From Antedon mediterranea (taxonomy: Eukaryota; Animalia; Echinodermata): a DNA stretch of 64,000 bases. Positions within the stretch are counted from its first letter, which is position 1; each line of letters begins with the position of its first letter. Under the pieces are notes generated by a model that saw only the letters and a list, made by a program, of their open reading frames with translations, was not told the origin of the DNA and searched no databases. Shown piece by piece: positions 27,883-41,325 of the stretch. The DNA lies in NCBI RefSeq assembly GCF_964355755.1, contig NC_092679.1, positions 3,378,201-3,442,200 of the forward strand, given 5' to 3'. The translations under genes were made by a program, and so were the position numbers.

Positions 27883-30184
27883 AATAGGTTGATATGCTAG
27901 TGAATGTTGTTGATTCAACCATAGATTCAACCCGATTGGTTTATTGTGAAAAATAAGGGACTGGGATTTTCAACAATGGCGTAATAATATTAGGATATCG
28001 GTACTCTATGGCGGGCTCCATGAGTCAACAAGGACGACTTAAGAGAATGAAATATGGGAGGGGTTTCCCGTTTTAAAACGATAACAGGTAGGTAACCCTA
28101 TAACAAAAAATAAACAAATAAATAATTCTTTTTATTTCAATTGTCCTAAAAAATGCCATCTATCATTTCTATTTTGCTTCTCTTGTCAAGGCCTAGGCCT
28201 ATACATTTTAAAATTGATTTTTTTTTCTCTGAAAAAATACCTAGGATTATGCCAACATTGTTTAGGCCTATAAAGACTCAAATAATTGTACTGTTTCAGC
28301 GTAAAACTATTCTGCAGTACATGAGTTAAAACTATTTTTAACAGCAGTTGTTTAGCTGTTTTATAACGTTGATTGTAAATCATGTATAATTGTTCATGGA
28401 TTCAGGCCGAGAATAACTGGCCTACCACTTTGATAGGCTATACCACAACCACTTCCACAACCCCTGTCGCCTGATAACATATATTTTGTCTTTGGCCTAT
28501 GATTGAGAGGTGAATAACTGAACTATAGTTTTTATTCGAAAGACGCTATAGAACCGTTAGAAACGGAATATTTGCAAATATTCCGGTTGATATAATAAGC
28601 ATATTATGCTTATTTTATTTTTTTTAAACAATTTCATACAAGTAAATCGCCAATTACATAGCAGGCTGGATACTGTACATTTTAATAATGTATCTGTCAT
28701 GCTTTTTGAGTTCCACTATAATCGTCGATATTGCCAAACATAGATTAAGACATAAATCATGGCATGATGGACTCTGCCCTCCCTGGTTCTAAGCACCCCT
28801 ACACCACCGAACGACCTGTTGACAGTTACAGATGATATACATCGTGGTGCTCAAAGTATGCACCGGATTAAGAGCCGATATTAGCAGGATTTTGTTGATA
28901 AAATAAACAATATAAATAACATATTTATGACATGAGTTTACATTTCAGAGATACCTTACAGATGCGTTTTTATTTATTTTCAATACAACATGTTGTCTCT
29001 TTCTTAATAATTTCAAAGGCGTCTGTGACTTTGTTTTATACTGTTACGTTTTTTATTTTGTTAGGCAACGTTTCTTTTGGAATTTATGTACGTATCTATA
29101 GTACTGTACTTTCCTATTTATTTTGTTGCGGTTCTTTTCTACCTTATTGTGATATGCTTTGCCTGAAATAGCTTTTCAATGATGTTTTAAACAATTTGAT
29201 TTTAATTATTAATATTATTATTATTTTTTTAATTCACAATAAACAGCGGGGGGGGGGGCGCAATTTACAGACTGGAATACATAAAAACACTAGACAAAAG
29301 AACATCGAAAAAGTCCACAAAAACAATTACAAACATTTCTTAATTTTTCATTTAAATTAAAAAGATAAACAACTAAATAAAACATAAATAATGGAGTCGA
29401 AAATTCCATGTTCGAGTCTTGGTTTAGTTCGGGCCTTTTACACGCGCACATTTTATCAGTATCGTTTTTAAAAACATATTTTCAGCTATGTTTGCATAAG
29501 TGTAGTTTATTGAAGGGATAGTAAAATTAAAAGAAACTGGGACTACGTGCTGATAATACACAGAAGCGCATTGAAAGAGAGTGATATTAACACTATTTGA
29601 CAGGGACAGATTATTAACATTGGAATTTAGCGGTTTATTTCATATTACCTGTTGGAATTTGATTGTTTGTCCGTATTATTGGAAAAGCCGTCAAAGCCTG
29701 ACAATAATGCACAAGGGTATTGTAAAACGCAGCCTGCGTGGCGGCGCCAGGCTAGATTTTCTGCTGCGAGGGGAAACCCGGTGAATTTCAGCCTACTAGC
29801 TCACATCACTGCAGGCTGACTGATAGGGAACCCCGGTGACTTGCAGCCCTGGTGATTTTAAGTCAGGCCTCCTCACAATACTACCGAATAGCACACGCGT
29901 TCACCGTTTCCTTGCGGTCACATATAGTGTCGGTATGTTGATAGGAACAGACATCTTGGCGTTGTAATGTTAGTAATATTAAATTGATATAGACATAGAT
30001 GTTTAGATTGTTTTAATAATATGAAATAATAGATGAATATAATTTTTATATTTATTTTTTTATGGGTTTTTTAATCGATCATTAGGGCGGTCATCACCGG
30101 ACAACGCGACTTGTGTTGCGAACTTAATATACTTAAAATTTAAAAATTGAATTTAAATTATATTAAAATTTAACTTACAAACGA

Positions 30185-30322
30185 CCTTTGTGTACACTAT
30201 CAAACTTTATGTGACAACAAATGTGATGTGCCCATATATGGACATGATGATGTCATATCTCTGCCATGTGTGGGCATACCGCTACCGTATTTGGGCACAA
30301 ACTAGTTTGTGTAGACAGTGCT
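30185..30322. mobile_element. MITE family A copy (opposite orientation, internally deleted)
   Basis: TACACTATCAAACTTTATGTGAC ... GTGTAGACAG. Confidence 0.75.
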
Positions 30323-30938
30323 TAACACGAGTCGCGTCGTGGACAGATGACAAGAAATCCACGGTTTTCAAATTTATATAGTTCCCGTATTGAATAGGCT
30401 GTATTATAAATTGTTAATATTTTTAAATTAAGAGACGTTCTAAATGTTTAACAAAACAAACATAATACTAACTAATATATACAAAATGTCGTATTAATTT
30501 ACGTATATCTCCTACTAACACATAACATATTTAAAGATACAAGTGTCACCCATACAAATAATAACGAGATCCTACGTGACGATTACTAAACTCGAACAGG
30601 CCAGATCTAACCAGTATACAATTATAATTTAATATATATAACATTAACAAACAATCTTCCCTTGTAATAATAAATGTACTCATCTTATCGGCAAAGAACC
30701 AACATTTGGTCACGAGTCAATGCATCACTTAGTTTTAATTATGTCGTGAGATAACTTGCTTTGAAAAAAAACAATGACCCGATGTTTCTTTCCGTGTTAT
30801 AAACTTCCCTTAATATTATGCGGAGGTGGATGAACAATTGTGGGGTAAACATGAAACAAATAAAAACTTAAAGGTTAGTAATAGTAGGGTGAATGAAGAA
30901 GCAGTGAAAACGTGACGCATACTTGTGGCTGAGATGTA

Positions 30939-31133
30939 CAGTGGCGTAACGGCTATGAGCGTCACTGGCTAAACCCATGGGCTCCACACTTTATGGGGCC
31001 CTAAGTAGTGTCCAGGGAAAAAACAGGCACTAAAATATGTCGAAAAGGGGTAAAAACCCCCGAGGCCTCCAGCGTTCGAGGGCCACTTGGGGTTCCTAAG
31101 CTAGGGGCCTTGTGCCTCTGCGTTACGCCACTG
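30939..31133. mobile_element. hAT-like MITE
   Basis: Perfect 13 bp TIR CAGTGGCGTAACG / CGTTACGCCACTG with a GC-rich interior; TSD not preserved. Confidence 0.75.
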
Positions 31134-34108
31134 TGTGCCAATATGGGTATTTTATATTATACACCGAAGCCTGGTCAGACCCATGGGTAACTTTGTTATA
31201 ACAAGGTCTGTAATCGCACTAAATATTGGAACAAATATTGATTTGATTTTTTATGTAAAAATATTAAGAGAAAGTTTGAACTTGAATGAGGGCGCATGGC
31301 AGGGAAGCACAAAACCTTGTTTGTACTGTAATTAGCTAAGCGCAGAAAAACTACAGGTACAATTGGTCTACGAATCTTGTACTGTACTTTATTTATTTAG
31401 CATATTGTCTCTCAAAAACATGAAAAATTCAGTTTAATAAAATCGGACTTTGAATAGGCCATTTTGTAGTTTTAATAAAGTTAATCACTTCTATAGAAAA
31501 AAAACGGGAACGGGGGACAATAGCTCTTTAGGCCTAATTCTTTAAAAACATTAAGAGGTATATACGTGTTACTAAAATATTGTACAAAAATGATGAACAT
31601 GTTTTGGTTTTGTTTCAAGTTGTTGCAGCGATTGATTTTCTAATAGTCATTGAGTTGAGTACTCGATGGGGTCTAACCAACCTCTGGGTTAATCAATGAA
31701 GAAACAAATTCACAACACTACATTAACGTTATTGTTTGATCGAAAAAATATGTTTGTAATACTCTATTTATGTCGTTATGGTTTGCTAACAAACTATAAA
31801 CAGTTTGATTAAATGTTATAGTTGTGGAACCGCCCGGGAAAGTGGATGCTTCCTATAAATGGGGTCGAGTCAAATTTAGCGACAATTACTGTCTAATTAA
31901 GGGTACTCAATTGTTAATTTAGAACTGTACTACCAAGTAGCACTATGCGAACGACCTCTAGTCGAATGCCATCTATAGACCCAAATACAAGACATTTGTC
32001 GTCGCTTTAAACTCACGGCTACTGGTGGTCTAGGCCTAACTATCAGTCTGTCAGCACAGATTTGTTTTGGGCAGAAGTACACTTTCAATTGGCGTAAAAA
32101 TCAATTACACACTACCCCTTTGTTTTAAAGTTCTTATATGCCTATTTTGACAACACTAAATATTTCTTTCGTTTGGTGACCTTTTCTATTGACCCGTTTC
32201 CTCGGATGGTTTTACACCCATGAGTTCTGCAACCGACCGACCACACCCTTGTTGGTATTTTTCATGTACCTGAAATATTTTATAGTACAGTACTTCGGTT
32301 TGAGAAATAAAAACATAACAATTATACAATATTAAGATTATTATTATAAATATCGTCGACGAAAAAACATAAAAACGGACAAATAATAAATGAAATCAAG
32401 TCATTATTTAAGTCTGGCTCTATGGACGCAACGCAAGGACGTACGCATGCGTAGAAACGCATAACCAACGATGGGGGGGGGGGAGAGGAGGGGGACTGTG
32501 GTCATCCAAACTTGTGTTGGGGTCTGTGAGGGAATCACGCTTTAGGTAGGCCCTATCACAGTGCCACAATTAATTTTAGATTTGGAAAGGTGAGCCGCAA
32601 TAATATAGGTCTTAGTTTATGTTATGATCTCCCTTGTTGATCTAAAACAATTGAAAATACAGAATTCAGCAATCAAGCCGATCGCACATTCCACCGTCAG
32701 ATACCCTATTCTAACACAGATGGTTAGTGTTGCCTAATTTTAGTTTGCAGCTTCTATTTCATATGTTTGTTTATTTTCTATTTTCTTATGTTGACATGTT
32801 TATGTATTAACCTGCAAAGATATTCCCCTTCGCGCGGCACGATCGTGCGATCGTGTTCAAAAGCAAGCGATAAACCAATATTTTAGCTTTCGGGCTAGCG
32901 GTGTGACGTTCGACCCTATGACCTAACGGGCATTGGCCGAGAAATTGTTGCAAAAACTTAAGAAGTCGTTGATGGTTCCGCAAGTGAAGCGTTTAATTGA
33001 ATATGACGCAGGGTTTCTTTTTAAGTGCAGTATTATCACGTGTAGTTTTGAAATAAACAGGAGTGAATCGGATAAAAAGACTTGTTTCATATCCTTCCGC
33101 TGTCAAACATAATTGTAGACTTGAATAAATATGCTGATTGATGCAACACGACAGGGGTCAATAAAATGGGGTAAAAACAACAGTCAACAACCGTCATATT
33201 TTTTGATTCGTTCCGATGCATAAAAGAACAATCATTTCGATAATTTCTTTCTATCCGTGTATTCTATTTGTATCTGAATCATCTTTTTTTTATACATTAT
33301 GATTTACTGTATTATATCTCTAAAAAAAAATAAAATTTATATATCAAATATCAGAAATTTTGTTTTACTCAAATATGAATGAAAGAAATAAATGTTTATT
33401 TGATTTGATTTGATTTGATATTCTGATACAGGGATAAAGGGGTGACGATCGGGACCCAACAAAGTGTCTCTCCCTAAATTCGTCTACCCCGAATAGTGGT
33501 TTGTCGTAGTGTTTGTTAATACAACCAAAAATATGGCCTATCCGGCGCCCCATACGTTCTCGAAAGAAATGTTTAGGCCTTAAAAACATTTATTGACATA
33601 AATCGGTTTAATTTCATTCTTAAGTGCATAGTTTTTAAACATTCCTAATCGACCTGGTGGTGTTGACTACAATAAGCTGAATGACAGTAAGTTTGTAGGT
33701 ACATACCTAAACCTTGTTAATTTGATTGCTTCGTTAATTAAGTACATCTTTTTGGGGTTAAAACATCGATCGAACCCGGCAAACGAATAGTAACGATAAG
33801 GACATAACATTGTCTGGATCAATTGAATTGATTTGTTACAACAATTTAAATAATTCGAATGCATTATTATCGATATTGGGACGATGATGAGGGATAGTAT
33901 TAATGATTGTTCTGTGTCTTTCTGACAGTTTAAGGAAAAAAGTCAATGTATTGATTCGTTCAATGAATAGGGTACATTCTTAATTAACCCTAAACTACAA
34001 AAACAAACAGATGAATGTGGGCATCCCAGTAATAGGCATATAAACAGTAATTTTTAATAAATCTCGGGTGACAGAAATTAAAATTAAAATACATTATTTT
34101 GGATATCA

Positions 34109-34262
34109 GGCCCTGTCTACACTATCAAAATAGTTTGACAAAAAAGTGTGATGTGCCCAAATATGGTAGTGATATGCTTAAATATGGTAGTGATTTGACA
34201 TCGTCGTCTCCATGGGCACATCACCCCTTTGTCACATAAAGTTTGATAGTGTAGACTAGGCT
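34109..34262. mobile_element. MITE family A copy
   Basis: Both TIRs and the internal repeats are present. Confidence 0.8.
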
Positions 34263-35284
34263 TAAATTAGTTGTTTAGGAATAGGCGGATCAACGCAAAA
34301 AAACGAGAGTTCAGAATTTGTTATTTATTTATTTTTCTTTACACACAATGTTAATAACACGACTTAAAGTTTTCCTAAAAAACCCCTCTAAACGACAACG
34401 AATCTAGAAAAACAGAAAGAAATTGAATAAAATAAAAACGAATGGAGAAATCGTGTGAGGTGTTATCCAGGGCAGCCCAGGCGAAGAAATACATGAAACT
34501 CTTGTCACACGAGGGTAAGTAACGCAAGTTATACTGGGGGAACAGAGGGCCCATTATACAGACAAACCGTTGCAAAATTCAATCTAAGAAATCTTTAGGC
34601 CCAGGCCATCCGAAGTCTCTATTTAATTCAAAATCCAAGATACATATTTGAAGAATGGTGGAAAAGAATACCAAACATTATAAAAACAAATTTAGTTTAA
34701 TTTAAGTTGTGGATCTTAATCAAATTACTAGCAAATCAGCAAATCACTTTTGTTTGAATTCATTTTTTTTTCTCACAATTAATTTTCTTTGTGTTTACGT
34801 TTCAATAATATGTTTTTCAAAGAAAATATACACACTATTCACTATCTCTAGAACACACGTTTGGTCCTTGGGAGTTTAGTGAGAACACACCTGTCTAAGA
34901 TAAGATGCGTCTAACTCATTGTCTTATCATTACAGGTGAACTAAACACAGGTAATGACTGTAATACCACCCAAAGAATCGCCGAAAACACCTAAGGCACA
35001 GTGGTTACCATTGTGAAAGTGGACGTTTACTCTTAGAACCAGCAGGGCCTACGTTAAGTACTGTCCCGCACATGTTTCTAGGGGTGGTATATGGCCTCGC
35101 GAAGCAGGGCCTTCGGCGGGCGGCCCAGCTCTCTACCGTACCTAATCTACGTTTAGAAATTTGTTTAGCGGTATAAAAATGTTTTGATGATTGATAATAA
35201 TTGATAACAACCAGATAAATTGTGTTTGCTTGTCCTGTTGTATATTTTATAACCTACACTAATGAATCGCACGTTGAAGATAGT

Positions 35285-35635
35285 AAATATGATGCGATAA
35301 CATCATTCTGCAATAGGCCTAACTTGTGTTATTAGCGCAGACTGGGACCAGCCAACAAGGCGAAATAATTTAATATGGCAATATTTTTTATATTTTTATC
35401 TAAAATAAGACTGATAAAATAATCTAATTTATATTTCTTATCTGCATAGTATAACGAATCATATAAATATGATGCAATACATGACATTCTCTAATAATTT
35501 GTGTTACCGCAGACTGCGACGTGTCTGCAGTCAACAAGAGGAAATAATTTAATGTAACCCGTGTTGTTCAGAGAATCTAAAATAGGCCTGAAAAAACTCC
35601 TTTATATTTCTTATCTTCATAATGTATAACGAAAA
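35285..35635. repeat. Diverged ~180 bp tandem duplication
   Basis: AAATATGATGC...GCAGACTG...AAATAATTTAAT...TTTATATTTCTTATCT...GTATAACGAA occurs twice. Confidence 0.75.
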
Positions 35636-38094
35636 TAAAAGCCATGGGTGTGATTTATTTAAGTACATTTAGAATTTTATTTTCGCCAGCCCAACATACG
35701 TAGGCCTGGGCCTACTCCCGTTACAATCTGTACGGTTACTTTAGGCGCTAAATCTCTTATGCCTTTGATTAAACTCTCTGGGCCTCGGACCTATTGAAAA
35801 TGGGGAAAAGTACTCTTCACTGGTTAGGGGCCTATAAGTGTTCTAAATCTACATCAAAATAAAAATCAAAAACTCCTAATAAGTTTATAATGATGAGATA
35901 ATGTGAGATAATCTGTCACCTTGTTTGAAATCTCGTTTCTTTTAGCACCTTACAAAAATCGATCCGATGAGGACCAGTGGGGCTAGCTTTGTTAAGTTTG
36001 TTGTTTTTTTGTTTAAAACTCGAGGCAGACAACAACACCTCTTGTGTTGAATAAAGTCACTGAAGTGGTCCTAGTGTGCAAGCAAGATCGTGTTCTTATT
36101 GAGATAAGAACCCACTTTGAATACCAGTGGTCGCTTTCATACAGGGGGATAGTCCATCCGTATGGGGTCCCTTTGTTTTAGTCGAATTCAATCGCTTTAT
36201 TACAAAATAAAGACGTCTTAGCACAATACTGAAATCCTGGATAATCTATCTGATTAGTAGGTACTTCTGTTTCTTTTGAGTTTTTATTTGTCTACAAAAA
36301 CACAAGAAACAAGAGAAGAAAACTAATGTAAACAGCTTATGCTTTCTAAGTAGCGGTCATTATATTATTAGCTCGTCTCAGTCCGCTTGGCATGGTTTCG
36401 TGCCTCGCCCTAGGCCTGGGTCAGTAATTCGAAAGTTGTTCGTGAAATTATGGATATCGTATCAGGTTTCTGAGTGGATTTTGATAATTGACATGTTGGC
36501 CTACATTAATACTAATAGAATAACTATCAATTTCTAACAATAAAAATATGATTCAACTAGTGATCTAAGTAAAGCAAACGTACTATCGAATTATTAGAAA
36601 ATTCAAATAGGCCTAACGTTCAATATAACATTCTATAAATTCAATGCAAACTATATTGCACCATGTCTTCATGATTGCACGGACTTCCTTAACACAAATT
36701 TTAGTTTATTTTATTCGGTATAAAATACATAAAACGGCAGCCAACGAATAAAACGAACTGGATTGCAAAAATACAAAATTGTACAATTCACAAATAAACA
36801 TATCGAATCATGGTTTTCATGCCTTTACAGAATTAAATGATACGAACATTATTTTGTAAAAAAAAATGGTAAACCATTACGACAAACAAGAAAATAAAAT
36901 TGGGACGAGCTCACAAAACACAAAAATAAATGTGTTTTTGTGCAACAACGAAATAGATATTATTGCTCTAACAATTACATAAAACATACATGAAAGGGCG
37001 CGTATATGATGTTATTAATAAAAACTGTATTTTAAAAATGTGAATCATTGAAAGTATATTATTTGTACTTTTTAAAATTTTAACTTGTTTACTAAAGTTG
37101 TTTTAATTCCTACAGTCGTTTTATACATGTACTGCACCTATTAGCAATCATTCATTTGGATATGAAGCATTATAAATGCTTTAATTAATATTATTCGATA
37201 TTTTTTATATCAAAATATTTTGTAATTTTTAACGATAAAATTGATTTATGTTATGTAACCAACTATGTTTTTACTATAATATATATTTTATTTATCAAAA
37301 GAAACACTGCGTGCCTACCAATGATTATTTATCAACAAATAAAAGTATAAGTCCCAATTTCTTTTATTCTAGTTCATAATTAAACTTTAATCAACGTGTA
37401 ATTAAACAAACTTTATCCTCATGATTATTCTACAAAATCTAATTAACACACGTATTTGTAGTTTTTCTTTACTTTATTTACTTTAATTATTCTCCAGCGA
37501 CATCTAATCACAAGTTTCTTAGGACCCTCCTCGTAATCATTCGTCATCAACATGTAATTATCCTTGTTTTTCAAGTGTCTATTGATTCCACAGCATCTAA
37601 TTAGACAAGTTTTTTTAGTGTCCGTTTGTTAATTAGTCGTCATCAACAACTAATTAGGGTCGTTATTGAAGTGGGTTATTGATTGTTATGTGGGTCTTAT
37701 AGGGGTGATTTCGAGCATTAAGCGAGACGGTAGCAAACTAATAACATTCAACATTGTTACGATTGAGATCCAATTGAATTTCAAACTTTAACAATACCAG
37801 CGAAGACCAGGCACCCCATACGGCTGCAAAACAAATACAGATTCATCGTGTATTATTAACGGATTACGGAATTTAATTCGAATTGTATAGTGACAAGCAC
37901 AAAACATGCATCAACAAGATCATTGGTAAGTGAACATGACAAGACTCTTTTTACAAAAAAACAATAAAGGGATCAGTCTGTTACAGAGTCTCACAAAATC
38001 GATAATATCCGCCAAGGTATTGGACTAAGCATACGATGTATTATTTTGTAATTGATGCAATTGGTTTACAACACAGCGGGCGGTGTCTTAATTA

Positions 38095-38393
38095 ACCTAC
38101 GTTCACACTAAGCCTGGATTTGGTCCGGTGGCCAGCGAAAATTCCGAGCTGCGTTAAGCTTTATCTACACTATAAAACTAGTTTGACTAAAAAAGTATGA
38201 TGTGACCAAATATGGTAGTGATATGCCCAGTTATGGTAGTAATGACATCATCATGTCCGTATGTCCGCACATAACATTTTTTTGTCATAAAAAGTTTGAT
38301 CGTGTAGACCGGATTTACGTTTTCCGGTCACACACATACGTTGTGAATGGAATCCGAAATAAATAATTGTCATCATTTAGTGTGAATGTGGTT
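38095..38393. mobile_element. Second Harbinger-like MITE carrying a nested family A copy (38157-38311)
   Basis: Outer TIR ACGTTCACACTAA / TTAGTGTGAATGT, with a family A copy inside. Confidence 0.65.
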
Positions 38394-40369
38394 CTATTCT
38401 TATAAACACTAAACGTATTTTCATGATAATTTATCTGGCAACAGAACGGAATCTGGGGTCAATATAGATTTAAACTGGGATGTAAAAAATGCAATTACTG
38501 TACTGTATTACCGGTATTAATCTTTACATATTGTATGTCTTTCTATAGGCCTACTACTGCATAGCAATCAGCATTACGCCTTTTTATAATTCAAACACTT
38601 AGACCACGACGAACGAATTGCGTCAAGCGCACCAAAACAATAAAGAAGACGTTTAAAAAAAATCTACCTAAACCAAGATAAAGTCGCGTAGTACCAATAA
38701 AAATAAAGGATCCGTAAAATCCAGGTTATATCCTATTTGTATTATTATACATACTCTCACATACTTTGAATGCAAAATTACGAGTAAGCAGCAGAGCACA
38801 ATGTGTGTCCCTTAAGCACAACCAAGAAGTAAAATATAAATAATAAACTCAGGGCCTAATGGTAAACAAAACATTTCCAAATTTCTATAGAATTAAAATT
38901 GTTGTGTTTATATAAATTTTATTAACATAACTGGATATTTTATAATAATGTGATATACTGAAATGACCACACATATGCATTCTATACAACAAATTCCTTG
39001 ATACGTACAGAAGAAGGAAGAGTTATACACTTTTTAGACCTTTGTGAATTCTTTGAAACTGGACCGAAACTTATTCCAACATATCGGTTCAACCACCGGC
39101 CGTATGCGACCCAAATAATTTCCATACCAATTAAAAGTCAACAGAAATAAAAGTCACATTGAGCAATTAACAGGCTGTAAGTTTGATGGATAAAATCCAG
39201 ATACAATTGTTAAGGTACACTTTTACGAGTTTACGTCCAAAAATAACCACGTGTTGTCTGAAATGATCTTTCAGAATTTGGTACAGAAAACGTTACCTCG
39301 TTTTGGGCTCAGCGGTCACAACATTCACCTCTTTGTTTGTTTCCTAAGTTTAAGCCAAAGTACACACGGTAGTTAAGTTGTCATTTGTGGTTCCTAAGGG
39401 AGCACTAATGGATTCTTAATTCGTCCTAAAAACTAGAGCGGTTTGCAATTTATTTGACCCCTATAGAAAGTGCTTGAAAACGCTTATGTGTTATATCATT
39501 ATTTTATTCAAATACTTTATTAAATATTAAACTGTAAAATATACATAATTATTATACAATTTTATATTTACTTATTTTAAAAAGAAATTAGGGTTAAATG
39601 GTACTAAGAGTTCCTCGTCATGCAATTGGTTACAAACGCACTACAAGGACCCTCTCATCATACACACAGTAGTAAATTCTTCTTCACTCGCGTTATACGG
39701 TAAAACAGCCAAAAATAAACACTCCTTTCTTATAAACACTATTTACAAAATAAATTAACAAATTGTGTAATAAAAGTGCCGACGAGTAGATTTGCATAAT
39801 TAGTAAATTGTTAATTTCATTCAAATACTGGCTCTTCTATGCATATTCCTTTCAACTGTAACCGGCACATTATCCCTGTTACAACTTAAAAAGCTTTTTC
39901 GCGCTTAAATATTACAAATAGAGCGGGTAGAGGCCTATGTGTCTAAGTATTGTATGGAGGTATAAAATAGTATACCTCCATGGTATGCCTATAACAAAAA
40001 TATCAGGGATAAAACGATAACAAAGTACAAATATTATTTCAATCTTTACGTTGTTTCTCAATATATTTCATTAGTTTATCAAATCTGTAGTCATAGAAGT
40101 CACGTAAAAGTATTGACGTTATCCAATTATAGAGGGGGCTGTTACATTTTCTTAAAGCGTGTAGAAAAATGAAACGTAATTGGGGAAACAAGTTGGACAA
40201 CGAAATATACAGTAATATTTTAATCCGACGTTACAAACGTTACTAACGTTTTTATTTTTGTTTAATGTTAAAAGTTTCAGTTTTTTAAAATGCAACAGCA
40301 GTAGGAATAAACGCCACCGAAAAAAGTTGATAAAAGAAAATATATCAATATAAATACTGTATAATTTTT

Positions 40370-41020
40370 AATTATTATGGGTGCAAACAATTAGTTTTAC
40401 TAACCCTACACAAAATTCCTCACAAAAAACTCCACAACTGTTCAAACCTTACCATCTGCTTGTGTTCTTGAGTGCAGTACAAAATAACAGTAAAGTTGAA
40501 AAATAAAATGCTGTGATTTTATTGCGAAACACAAAAACTTTCCTCTGTCATGATTTAAAAAAACCGCTAGTTTTTCCCCTTCGTCAAGATCTCCATAAAA
40601 AAATATGTGAAGTTATAAACTTCGTACATCAGTTGAAGTTCTTGGTCCGTAGTAAATCAACGATATTGTGCTATAGCATAAAAACGCTACTGCCTTTTTA
40701 ATGTGAAAATGTTTGGCTGTATACTGCATATTTGCACATTTCATCACAAAGAGGTAGGGACGCCTTCCTTGTCATCTCATGTTAAGTATTATCCCCCCAT
40801 TGTCTCGCATCACTTAGGAAGGAGTACTAATGGGTACCGAACAGCAAATTTCATATCAAATCATCATAAATATAAACACTGTATAATTCGTAATTATCAT
40901 GGGTGCAAATATTTGGTTTTACTAACCCTACACAAAATTCCTTATAAAAAAATCTGCAATTGTTCAAACCTTGCCATCTGCTTGTGTTCTTGAGTGTTTT
41001 CGAGTTAAAGTCGAAAAATA
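40370..41020. repeat. Dispersed ~130 bp direct repeat (40370-40505 and 40890-41020)
   Basis: ATGGGTGCAAA...TTTTACTAACCCTACACAAAATTCCT...CCATCTGCTTGTGTTCTTGAGTG occurs twice. Confidence 0.85.
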
Positions 41021-41145
41021 TTTCATCATTTAATGGATGATATTGCAGCTCAATTATGTGCTCATGAGGATTTATATTGTTTGAAGGTTTACACGGCTAA
41101 ATAAAATGTACACCACGTATATTTAGTTCTAAAATAGAACTTTTA

Positions 41146-41199
41146 AGTTTCTCGATGTTTCGATCAATATGCTTTGATCGTCCTCAAGAGTGAGAATGA
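41146..41199 (-). mobile_element. Penelope-like fragment, family 2, degenerate hammerhead (41151-41190) just downstream of the MNAT1 stop codon
   Basis: Minus strand reads cuc-UUGAGGA-c-gaucaa(agcaua)uugauc-GAAA-ca-UC-gag; homologous to 58027-58078. Confidence 0.6.
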
Positions 41200-41325
41200 G
41201 GATAAATAACTCATTAGGAAATACAGACAGACTATAATCTGCTTTCCAACAGAAAGCAACATTGCAGATTTCAGTCAGCTGTATGTAGTGAACAATGTCA
41301 ACAAATTTTAAATCATAAAATTTAC

